Assembly (NCBI RefSeq): GCF_963921235.1
Contig: NC_086097.1
Coordinates: 71,116,001 to 71,180,000 of the forward strand
Source of the DNA: Mobula hypostoma
Taxonomy: Eukaryota
Reading direction: 5' to 3'
Length of the DNA: 64,000 bases
Of the stretch, positions 51,401-62,828 are shown piece by piece. Every line of letters starts with the position of its first letter. Positions within the stretch are counted from its first letter, which is position 1. The notes under the pieces are model-generated. The model did not search any database and was not told the origin of the DNA. It worked only from the letters and a program-made list of their open reading frames with translations. Position numbers and translations under genes: made by a program.

Positions 51401-52245
51401 CAGCAGAAGGAGGACTGTTCTGGATAGTTCAACACTTTTTGGTTATCCCCAACTGCCTTTGAGAATGCGCTGGTGAGCTGCCATTTTGGAGATTGAAGTT
51501 CTTCTGGTGAAGGCACCTCCACTATTCTGTTTGATATGGAGTTTCAGAATTTAGGTTCTATGACAACTGAGCGAAGGTGATGCATTTCTGAGTCAGGATG
51601 GTGCATGACTAGGAAATGCATGCTGGACCCTTGCAAACTTTTCCAGATCACACCTTTATTTTGAAGACAGTTTCTCAGCTGGCAATATAGATGTCAATTA
51701 AAGGACTAAACTCCAGCCATTCCCATCTCCAGTCTACTGACACTTCTGGAATCCTTGAACCTTCCCTCACGAGTAAAGGTGGACTGGTACCACTCACCTT
51801 GGGTGCAGAGTTCCCTCTGCTGGATCCCCAGTTTCCAGCTTCAAAAGGTCAGATCCTCACTTTTGGGGATTGTTAAACCTTACAGTGGAAGAAAGATACA
51901 CTACAGTGGTTCAGTGGATGTTTCAGAAATTGCTATAGACATTTCAGAACAAATTTTGGGTTTGACATTCCATTACTGCATTGTGGAAGACTGCACCTTC
52001 AGAGATGTTGTCTTTTGGATAAGACATTAAACCAAGGCTTCAAAGATGGCAGTATGTGAGAACTGTGAGATGTGGGCATTAGTTCTTCCTCTCTGAAAGC
52101 TCGCTGGACCTGTGAATGTTAGCAGCAAGTCCCATTTGCTAGAGAGTGTTGGCAGATGACTGATAAGGCTGTGATGATTGACTGTGCCTGAGGCTGGTGG
52201 TGCAAATTATAAAGATTGACACTTGAAGGTCCAATCATTGACCTT

Positions 52246-52839
52246 GCAACACACACAAAATATTGGAGGAACTCAGCAGGCCAGGCAGCATCTACGGAAA
52301 AGAGTATAGTTGATGTTTTGTGCCGAGACTCTTCGGCAGGACTAGAGAAAAAAAGGTGAAGAGTAGATTTAAAAGGTGGGGCAGGGAAGAGGGAATTACA
52401 AAAGGTGATAGGTGAAACTGGGTTGGGAGGTATGAAGTAAAGAGCTGGGAGGTTGATTTGTGAAAGAGATTCAGGGCTGGGGAAGGGGGAGTCTGGCAGG
52501 AGAGAACAGAAGGCCATGGAAGAAAGAAAGGTGGGGGGGGGGTGGTGGAGGAAGAGCACCAGAGAGAGGTGATGGGCAGGCAAGGAGATAAAGTAAAAGA
52601 GGGAAAAGGGGATGGGAATGGTGAAAGAGGGGAGGGGGCGTTACCAGAAGTCCAAAAAAAATCGATGTCCATGCCATCAGGTTGGAGGCTACCCAGACGG
52701 AATATAAGGTGTTGTTCCTTCAACCTGAATGTGGCCTCATCATGACAGTGGAGGAGAGGTTGCCCGGCCTGCTGAGTTCCTCCAGCATTTTGCTTGTGTT
52801 GCTTGGATTTCCTGCATCTGCAGATTTTCTCTTGTTTTT
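52246..52839 (-). mobile_element. Penelope 3' fragment with short inverted tail
   Basis: EQHLIFRLGSLQPDGM.IDF on the minus strand; 52760-52835 is the tail in inverted orientation; flanks AATCATTGAC(C/T)TT at 52233-52245 and 52840-52852. Confidence 0.9.
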
Positions 52840-53983
52840 AATCATTGACTTTAACAGGTTTGTGAGGTCAATGAGCATACCACAGGTTCTTGAAACTTAG
52901 TTCTGGCATTAGCCTCCCAAGATTTCTGCATTCCCTGCCTTTAAGGAGTACATTCAGAATGTTCACCGGTTATTTGAGGATAGATCTTGGCTGGTGAAAG
53001 CCTTGGTGCCAATTTCCTTGGCACTAGAAAAGATAGAGGCATCTGCATAATAGTGCTTTAAAAATATTATTATATTTCACAGTCTGACATAAAACAACAT
53101 TGCTAGACATTCTCATATCTTTGTATTCTTCTTCAATGGCTCCTTTGGGTTGAGGATAAATTACTTCCACTTCCGTCCAATGGCTTTTGAGGTGACTGAT
53201 GAGGCCAATGTTGAGTGAGTGAACAGTGAGGTTAGTACTGTCTGTATGTAGGGGTCCATGTTAATGAACATCTAGCACAGTGTTGGCAAGCAGCCTGCAA
53301 CATGAGCACAAGGCATGTCTGATTCACTCAACACAACCTCGCACCTGTTTCAAGATGATAGAATTTAGCTACCATATACCTTTCCTCAAAATAGTAGAAG
53401 TTGTCTTTAAGGGCAACACTTTTGTGAGGACGTTGATTCAAAAGTACTTACGTAATGTTTCCTATTAAATTCAAACTATTAACATTAAGCTCAGTAATGA
53501 CAGAATTACTTAACTTACACTTGTTCATCTGGAATGAGCCACAATCACAGATCCATTGCATCCTATTAGTATGTGTGTCTACCTAATGAAACTGTTTCAT
53601 TCATGTTTTTGGACTTCTCATGATTACTTCAGCTTTCATGCTACTCCCTTCTAGATGAGAAAATGGGGGATATAGTAAAAGTGTGCATTAAAAGGGGTTT
53701 AATATCATCAATATTTGCATTATAGCAAGAAAATATGGAATATACACAAAATATACTGTCTGATACTGGAGGTGATACAGAGTTTAAGATGGCAAAAATT
53801 GGCCTGTGATATTTTGATTCCCAGGCAAAATGCAACATGATCATCGTTCAGAATTAATCATATTTTAATCTTTCCATATCATAAGAAACAATAATTTTGG
53901 CACATACTTATATCCAGAAGTAGATGACCATATCATAAAATGGAATTAAAATATAGACTAAAGAAAGAGCTTGTCCATATCAA

Positions 53984-54153
53984 ACACGAGGAAATCTGCA
54001 GATGCTGGAATTTCAAGCAACACACGCAAAAATTGCTGGGGAACGCAGCAGGTCAGGCAGCATGAAGGGCCTCGGCCCGAAACATCGACTGTACCTCTTC
54101 CTATAGATGCTGCCTGGCCTGCTGAGTTCACCAGCATTTTTTGTGTGTGTGTT
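53984..54153. mobile_element. 170-bp palindromic Penelope derivative
   Basis: Left arm is the reverse-complement tail; right arm is hammerhead stem II/GAAAC plus tail; perfect 15-bp duplication GCTTGTCCATATCAA at 53969-53983 and 54154-54168. Confidence 0.9.
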
Positions 54154-55379
54154 GCTTGTCCATATCAAGACTCTTTGATGGAGTTTCTAAAGCATCTGAA
54201 GTATTTGACCCAGTCAAATCTTGTACAGACAAAGAAACTAACTTCTATCAGATAAATTTCAAATAGAAAGACTGAATACTAAGAATTTGTAAATCCAAGT
54301 GTATCAAAAAGGAAAACTTTGCTGTGAATGATACGATAGTCCATATGAGATTACCACTGAATTATATGAATCATATGTTTTCTGAGAGCTAATCCAGAAT
54401 GGATATTAACAGTTCCATATTGATGAAGAAAGCATTCTATTAAAAGGTTTGTAGTATACATTACTCTGAAATGATACAAAGGATTAATTTTTCAATATAT
54501 CTGCAGCAGCAAAAATATTTTGACAGCTAAGCTGTTGAGGGAATTCAAGCATCTTGAATTTAAGCAGATATTCAAATACATGCAGCCGACCAAGCAGAAA
54601 ATGGTGTTCAACCTTCTCAGTGTTCTTCACAGGGTACAAGAAAATAACCTCTGGTCACATCCAGGAATTTGAAGAGCAACATAAATATTTCAGTTTTGTC
54701 TTCACAAAAGGGAACTGTAACTAGATGCAATGCCAGGTCTACAATCTTCTAGGTTAGGTTGTTCACTGTTTGAATTGTGTATTTGTATTTCTCAGAGACT
54801 TTGTGCAATAGAAATGAATTTGTGAAGCATATCTGGAGTGTAAAGAGAGCAAACCAGCATGCGGAATAGAATCAAACACCCTCTTTGATGTGATGGCAGT
54901 TTTGAAAGGAAGCAGTTCATTGCATGTGGAGGGAGGGGGTTCCATTAACAGACTCCGTCAGTAAAGGAAGTTGGATAGTGAGATTCTTTTTTCCTGAGAT
55001 TGAAAGAGTAGAAATAGGAATGAATATGCAGGGAACGTGGAGAGAAAATGGAGGGAGGTAGGGAATAAAGTGATCAGTTGTAGGAGGAAATTAGGCAGAA
55101 GGCCTCCATTTAATGATAAACATGCAGGTTCAACACACTTCTTCTTGCTCCTCTTTGCCGTTTGATATTTTACCAAGAACAGTGGTGTCAGCTGCAAAGT
55201 TATAAATGGTGTTTGAGCTGTGCTTAGCCACACAATTATGAGAGTAGAGCAGTGGGCTAAGCACACACCTTTGAGGTGCACCTGTGTTTATTGTCAGTGA
55301 GGAGGAGATATTATCACTGATTCACACTGACTGTGGTTTCTCAATGAGGAAGGTGAGAAAGCTGAAGATCCAGTTGCCT

Positions 55380-56225
55380 GTCTCTTAAATATAGTAATAG
55401 TATCTGGTTCCGCCATCTCCTCTGGCAGTGGGTTCTAGGTATCAAACTCACTCTGTGTAAAAAATATACCCCTCAAATCCCATTTATAACTCCATTCTCA
55501 CCTTAATCCTAGGCTTTTTTTTGTTTTGGATGGGAAAATGATTTGGCTATCTACCCATCTATGCCTCTCATAATCACATATACTTCCATTAGCCTCCTTC
55601 ACTCTGGAGAAAACAAGACCAGTCTATCTATTTTCTCTCCTTAACTAATATCTCCCAATCTAGGCAGCAATCCATGCAACCACAACCTGCCTACAGTGTG
55701 GTGACCAAAACTGCAGGTAATACCTCATGTGTGGCCTAAGCATTGTTTTGTAAAGTTGAGAAGGAACTTAACATCTCTGATATTATGTGCCTGAACTTAT
55801 AAAGGCAAGGATGCCTTCTCCATCCTAGCAACCTCTTTCAGGGAACAACAGACTTGGACTCTTAGATTTCTCTGTTCATCAACTTTCCTTAGTGCCCTGC
55901 CATTTACCATGTTTGCCCTCCCTATATCTGCCATGCAAAATGCATCACCTCACTTACACAAGATATTCAGCAGATGCTGGAAATCCAAAGCAACAGACAC
56001 ACAATGCTGGAGGAACTCAGGAGGTCAGGCAGCATCTGTGTAAATGAACAAACAGGCAACATTTTGGGCCTGGAACTTTGGGACTGGAAAGGAAGAGGGA
56101 AGATGCCAGAATAAAAAGGTGGGGTGGGTGGGGGGAGAGGAAAGAATGATAGCTAGAAGGTCACCTCACTTGTCAGGGTTAAATTTCATCTACCTAACTT
56201 TCCATCTGATCAAATTACAACTTCC
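55380..56225 (-). mobile_element. Old CR1 remnant interrupted by a Penelope tail
   Basis: Minus-strand FNP.KCEVMHF-like motif split at 55955/56161; FFTQ.V-like 3' motif at ~55460. Confidence 0.65.
55956..56160 (-). mobile_element. Penelope pseudo-LTR fragment
   Basis: GCAGATGCTGGAAATCC...GCTGGAGGAACTCAG tail; 11-bp duplication TCACCTCACTT at 55945-55955 and 56161-56171. Confidence 0.8.
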
Positions 56226-57449
56226 CAGTTACCTAAGAGCCAACAGAACTGGCATGGAAGAAAGCTGCCTTAGATCTCGAGGGAATTCCTCCTTCCATTC
56301 TCCCACTCTAGTTATCATGTGTGAGTGAATGGATTGTTTACTGAGAGGTCTAGATAGGTCTAGGTTGTTTACTGACAAGTCTAGACATTTGTTTAAAAAC
56401 ATGATATATGACCAGTCTACTTTGAAGGAAGGAAAATCATATTGTTTTCATCCAGAATGAAGGGAATGAGGTATTTTCAGTATGGAAACAAGCGACATGC
56501 GAATTGTATCCCTTGTAGCAACCAAACAATTCTTGTGCCAATTACAACTAATGCTGTGCTGGCAAAGTACTAAAATGCAGGCAAAACGGCAAATAAGAAA
56601 CCTCCTTGTCGGGTTTGGTGACCTGGTGACAATTTGCAAGTCTAGGCACCAGGTCATCAAGGAATTCACCTTTCCTGACTCTCTTTGTTTTGTTTGTGAC
56701 CATCATTCCTGGAGATAGAGCATGCGGTATCGCCTTTCATATTTGCGGTCTATACTGGCCCGCAGGCACCACAGAAACTGGAGGGTGACCTTGATGCTTA
56801 AGTCAATGCACTCAGATTTCATTCATTTTATGAAATAAAGTCATTTTGAAAAAAGGGGGAAATAATGATATTAAATATTTGCATAAAGTATTACGCATTC
56901 TCAAATCCATTGTACGTCAGGTTTGACACTGTACTGATTTATATTCCAATGTAAAACCAAAATGATGCAAGATTAAACCCTTCAGGAGGTCTTCGTCTGA
57001 TTCACTTCTAAATCAAGTTAAATCTTGCCTTTGGGTTTATGCTTCAAGTTTAGTATTGATGAGCAGTAAAGATTTTGCAGGTGTAGAGTATAGTTCTCAC
57101 TGGGTTAACTGCATTCCACCTGATGCACTCAAGAGGATTTAAATTACACAGATCAGTAGAAATCAGAAATAATCACAGCTGTGCAAAGACCAAACCTTGG
57201 CCCATTATATAGTCACATTATCACAGAAGGCAATCAGAAAATGGCACATCAAACCAAAAGCTCCTGGAAACAATTGCTTTACCAATCAGGAGGCAAGGAT
57301 AAGACTGCAGGAATAAATGGCCCAGGATGCAGCTCGCTTTGGCAAAGGAGAGATCTAAGAGTGTGTTCAATGCAGTCTTCAGTAGAGTAGTCCAGTTGGA
57401 TAGGATAAGTTCCCTCTTCCTAGCTGACTGTAAGAGTCTTATTTACATG

Positions 57450-57861
57450 GTGTCAGTTGTGGCACAGTGGGCTGCATCCTTGTCTTTAAGTCAAAAAGGC
57501 TGTGAATTCAAGCTCTACTTCAAACATTTGCACCCAAATATCTCGACCAAATCCACTCAAGTACTGAGGCAGTACAACACTGCTGGTAGGGACTTTAAAC
57601 TGAGGACGTGTTTGTCCTCCGAGTTTGCTGTAAAAGTTCCTGCTAAAGTATTTTGACAAAGAGGAGGAGACGTTATCATTGGAATGCTGTCCCTTGTATA
57701 GCCTTCAACCAACACCTGGATATTATCAGAGTGAGGCAGTTCATTGTATACAAATTAGGTGCTAGGTTTCTTATGTTCACACAAGATACTAGATTACAGA
57801 AGCATTATTTTTGTAACATGATTTGAGATAACTCAAGGCACTGAAGGCATTGTATAAATAT
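57450..57861 (+). mobile_element. Ancient tRNA/Deu-domain SINE-like remnant
   Basis: Degenerate tRNA head (GTGGCACAGTGG..TTCAAGC), AGTACTGAGG, TAAACTGAGG, ATTTTGA.AAAGAG and an L2-like tail AAGGCATTGTATAAAT. Confidence 0.55.
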
Positions 57862-57926
57862 CAGCAACACACATAAAAGTTGCCGGTGAACGCAGCAGGC
57901 CAAGCAGCATCTGTAGGAAGAGGTGC

Positions 57927-57962
57927 AGTCGACGTTTCAGGCCAAGACCCTTCGTCAGGACT
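57927..57962 (-). ncRNA. Minimal type I hammerhead ribozyme
   Basis: Minus strand AGUC-CUGACGA-AGGGUCUUGGCCU-GAAAC-GUC-GACU; stem I AGUC/GACU, palindromic ACGU stem III. Confidence 0.8.
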
Positions 57963-58256
57963 AACTGAAGGAAGAGTGAGTAAGGGATTTGAAAGTTGGA
58001 GGGGGAGGGGGAGATCCAAAATGATAGGAGAAGACAGGAGGGGGAGGGATAGAGCCGAGAGCTGGACAGGTGATAGGCAAAAGGGGATACGAGAGGATCA
58101 TGGGACAGGAGGTCCGGGAAGAAAGATGGAGGGGGGGTGACCCAGAGGATGGGCAAGAGGTATATTCAGAGGGACAGAGGGAGAAAAAGGAGAGTGAGAG
58201 AAAGAATGTGTGTATAAAAATAAGCAACAGATGGGGTACGAGGGGGAGGTGGGGCA

Positions 58257-61200
58257 TTAGTGTAAGTTAGAGAAGTTGATGTTCATGCCATCAGGTTGGA
58301 GGCTACCCAGACGGAATATAAGGTATTGTTCCTCCAACCTGAGTGTGGCTTCATCTTTACAGTAGAGGAGGCCGTGGATAGACATGTCAGAATGGGAATG
58401 GGATGTGGAATTAAAATGTGTGGCCACTGGGAGATCCTGCTTTCTCTGGCGGACAGAGCGTAGATGTTCAGCAAAGCGGTCTCCCAGTCTGCGTCGGGTC
58501 TCACCAATATATAAAAGGCCACATCGGGAGCACCAGACGCAGTATATCACCCCAGCCGACTCACAGGTGAAGTGTTGCCTCACCTGGAAGGACTGTTTGG
58601 GGCCCTGAATGGTGGTAAGGGAGGAAGTGTAAGGGCATGTGTAGCACTTGTTCTGCTTACACGAATAAGTGCCAGGAAGGAAATCAGTGGGAAGGGATGG
58701 GGGGGGGGACGAATAGACAAGGGAGTTGCGAAAGGAGCGATCCCTGCGGAATGCAGAGAGAGGGGGGGAGGGAAAGATGTGCTTAGTGGTGGGATCCCGT
58801 AGGAGGTGGCAGAAGTTACGGAGAATAATATGTTGGACCTGGAGGCTGGTGGGGTGGTAGGTGAGGACCAGTGGAAGCCTATTCCTAGTGGGGTGGTGGG
58901 AGGATGGAGTGAGAGCAGATGTACGTGAAATGGGGGAGATGCGTTTAAGAGCAGAGTTGATAGTGGAGGAAGGGAAGCCCCTTTCTTTAAAAAAGGAAGA
59001 CATCTCTCTCATCCTAGAATGAAAAGCCTCATCCTGAGAGCAGATGCGGCGGAGATGGAGGAATTGTGAGAAGGGGATGGCGTTTTTGCAAGAGACAGGG
59101 TGAGAAGAGGAATAGTCCAGATAGCTGTGAGAGTCAGTAGGCTTATAGTAGACATCAGTGGATAAGCTGTCTCCAGAGACAGAGACAGAAAGATCTAGAA
59201 AGGGGAGGGAGGTGTCGGAAATGGACCAGGTAAACTTGAGGGCAGGGTGAAAGTTGGAGGCAAAGTTAATAAAGTCAACGAGTTCTGCATGCGTGCAGGA
59301 AGCAGCGCCAATGCAGTCGTCGATGTAGCGAAGGAAAAGTGGGGGACAGATACCAGAATAGGCACGGAACATAGATTGTTTCACAAACCCAACAAAAAGG
59401 CAGGCATAGCTAGGACCCATACGGGTGCCCATAGCTACACCTTTAATTTGGAGGAAGTGGGAGGAGCCAAAGGAGAAATTATTAAGAGTAAGGACTAATT
59501 CTGCTAGACGGAGCAGAGTGGTGGTAGAGGGGAACTGATTAGGTCTGGAATCCAAAAAGAAGCGTAGAGCTTTGAGACCTTCCTGATGGGGGATGGAAGT
59601 ATATAAGGACTGGACACCCATGGTGAAAATAAAGTGGTGGGGGCCAGGGAACTTAAAATCATCGAAAAGTTTAAGAGCGTGAGAAGTGTCACGAACATAG
59701 GTCGGAAGGGATTGAACAAGGGGTGATAAAACAGTGTCGAGGTATGCAGAAATGAGTTCGGTGGGGCAGGAGCAAGCTGAGACAATAGGTCGGCCAGGAC
59801 AGGCAGGTTTGTGGATCTTGGGTAGGAGGTAGAAACAGGAAGTGCGAGGTGTGGGAACTATAAGGTTGGTAGCAGTGGATGGGAGATTCCCTGAGCGGAT
59901 AAAGTCGTTGATGGTGTGGGAGACAATGGCCTGGTGCTCCTTAGTGGGGTCACGATCGAGGGGTAAATAAGAGGAGGTATCTGCGAGTTGTCGCTGTGCC
60001 TTGGCAAGGTAGAGGTCAGTATGCCAGACTACAACAGCACCCCCCTTATCGGCGGGTTTAATAATAAGGTTAGGATTAGTGCGGAGGAAGTGAAGAGCAG
60101 AGCGTTCCGAAGGACTGAGGTTGGAATGGGGACAAGGTGCGGTGAAGTCGAGACGGTTGATGCCCCGTCGGCAGTTAGCGATAAAGAGATCCAGAGCAGG
60201 CAGAAGACCAGAGCGGGGTGTCCATGAAGAAGAGGAGGGTTGAAGACAGGAGAAGGGGTCATCGGTGGGGTTGGAAGAGTCCTTGCCGAAGAAGTAGGCT
60301 CGGAGACGGAGACGGCGGAAGAAAAGTTCCGCATCGTGGCGAACACGGAACTCGCTGAGGTGTGGGCGAAGGGGGACAAAGGTGAGGCCCTTACTGAGAA
60401 CAGAGCGTTCTGCCTCCGACAGTTGAAGGTCAGAGGGGATGGTAAAGACCCGGCACGGATGAGAGCTGGGATCAGAGGGGGGAGGGGGGAGGCTGGGGGT
60501 GTCAATGGAGAGGGGAGGGTTGGGGTGAGAGGAAGATGGAGCCTCTGAGTACCCAGGAGCTGACGATGGGATCTGAAGGAGACGGGATTGCAGAGTATTG
60601 GTGGGAGAAGGGGAGACGGGAGTCACAACAGCAGCACATAAAGACCCGGCCTGGAGTTCAAGGCTGGAGTCGCAGTTGGTGGTTGTGCAATCGCTGTGAA
60701 GGTGTCCATGGTCGTTGCTGGAGTCCGGGTTTTGAATATGTCCTGAGGTGTTGGAGCCGGCGAGATCAATGGTAGGGGCCGCAATCTGAAGTTCATTCCT
60801 GCTAGCGTTGGGGCCGGCAGGCTCTGGAGTCCGTAGATGTAGGATCTTGCGATCTTTGCCTAACATGACAAAGTCAAAAAAACGGCGATTGCAGGCGTGA
60901 ATCCGACGGAGGATGAAATAACGGGTAGGACCATTACAGACGGCGAAGAAAGTGTCCCGAAGGTGTGGAAGGGTCTGGGATAGGGACACCAAGTACCTCC
61001 TCATGGCGGAGAGAGTCGCCTTCAGAGCTTGACGGGAGAAGCGGCGAGAGGCAGAGTCAATAAAATGTGACTACCTGGGATCCTCAGAAGGTCCAAATTG
61101 AGAGGCTTGGAAACGAATCCTAAAGCCAACTGGAGTAAGTTGGCGATGGAGGCACATTCCAAGAAAGGATATATGGCTGTGATAGCGAGTTTGAGTCAAA

Positions 61201-61310
61201 GTGTGGTCGAAAAGTTGAAGAGCCGAAGAAATTACAGATGGGGAGCAGTGAGAGATGGTTTCACTGAACTCCCGTCGAAGAGAGGATCTAAACTTCTTCG
61301 GTGTAGGCAT
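58257..61310 (-). pseudogene. Penelope RT plus GIY-YIG endonuclease ORF (~1017 codons, one internal stop)
   Basis: PADKGG, FYLLPKIHK, GRPIVS, GVAMG, RYIDD, Cys linker CKQNKCYTC, VIY-CSRC-YIGET; ORFs 61071-61388 and 58257-61004 share a frame and are separated by TAG at 61071-61073; motif-A Asp is Gly. Confidence 0.92.
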
Positions 61311-61444
61311 CACCGGAAGAGGCTTCGCAGTAGTGAATTTAAATGCAAACAACAGGAATTCTGCAGATGCTGGAAATTCAAGCAACACACATCAAAGTTG
61401 CTGGTGAACGCAGCAGGCCAAGCAGCACCTGTAGGAAGAGGTGC

Positions 61445-61480
61445 AGTCGACGTTTCAGGCCAAGAACCTTCGTCAGGACT
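61445..61480 (-). ncRNA. Minimal type I hammerhead ribozyme
   Basis: Minus strand AGUC-CUGACGA-AGGUUCUUGGCCU-GAAAC-GUC-GACU. Confidence 0.8.
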
Positions 61481-62792
61481 AACTGAAGGAAGAGTGAGTA
61501 AGGGATTTGAAAGTTGGAGGGGGAGGGGGAGATCCAAAATGATAGGAGAAGACAGGAGGGGGAGGGATAGAGCCGAGAGCTGGACAGGTGATAGGCAAAA
61601 GGGGATACGAGAGGATCATGGGACAGGAGGTCCGGGAAGAAAGACGGCGGGGGGGGGGTGGACCCAGAGGATGGACAAGAGGTATATTCAGAGGGACAGA
61701 GGGAGAAAAAGGAGAGGGAGAGAAAGAATGTGTGCATAAAGATAAGTAACAGATGGGGTACGAGGGGGAGGTGGGGCCTAGCGGAAGTTAGAGAAGTCGA
61801 TGTTCATGCCATCAGGTTGGAGGCTACCCAGACGGAATATAAGGTGTTGTTCCTCCAACCTGAGTGTGGCTTCATCTTTACAGTAGAGGAGGCCGTGGAT
61901 AGACATGTCAGAATGGGAATGGGATGTGGAATTAAAATGAATTAAAACGCCACCTCCAACAGGATCCCACCACTAAGCACATCTTTCCCTCCCCCCCCCT
62001 CTGCATTCCGCAGGGATCGCTCCCTACACAACTCCCTTGTCCATTCGTCCCCCCCACCCCTCCCCACTGATCTCCCTCCTGGCACTTATCCGTGTAAGCG
62101 GAACAAGTGCTACACATGCCCTTACACTTTCTCCCTTACCACCATTCAGGGCCCCAAACAGTCCTTCCAGGTGAGGCAACACTTCACCTGTGAATCGACT
62201 GGGGTGATATACTGCGTCCGGTGCTCCCGATGTGGCCTTCTATATATTGGCGAGACCCGACGCAGACTGGGAGACCGTTTTGCTGAACATCTACGCTCTG
62301 TCCGCCAGAGAAAGCAGGATCTCTCAGTGGCCACACATTTTAATTCCACATCCCATTCCCATTCTGACATGTCTATCCACGGCCTCCTCTACTGTAAAGA
62401 TGAAGCCACACTCAGGTTGGAGGAGCAACACCTTATATTCCGTCTGGGTAGCCTCCAACCTGATGGCATGAACATCGACTTCGCTAACTTCCGCTAGGCC
62501 CCACCTCCCCCTCATACCCCATCTGTTACTTATTTTTATACCCACATTCTTTCTCTCACTCTCCTTTTTCTCCCTCTGTCCCTCTGAATATACCTCTTGT
62601 CCATCCTCTGGGTCCCCCCCCCCGCCCGTCTTTCTTCCCGGACCTCCTGTCCCATGAGGCTCTCGTATCCCCTTTTGCCTATCACCTGTCCAGCTCTTGG
62701 CTCTATCCCTCCCCCTCCTGTCTTCTCCTATCATTTTGGATCTCCCTCTCCCCTTCCAACTTTCAAATCCCTTACTCACTCTTCCTTCAGTT

Positions 62793-62828
62793 AGTCCTGA
62801 TGAAGGGTCTTGGCCTGAAACGTCGACT
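62793..62828 (+). ncRNA. Minimal type I hammerhead ribozyme
   Basis: AGUC-CUGAUGA-AGGGUCUUGGCCU-GAAAC-GUC-GACU. Confidence 0.82.
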
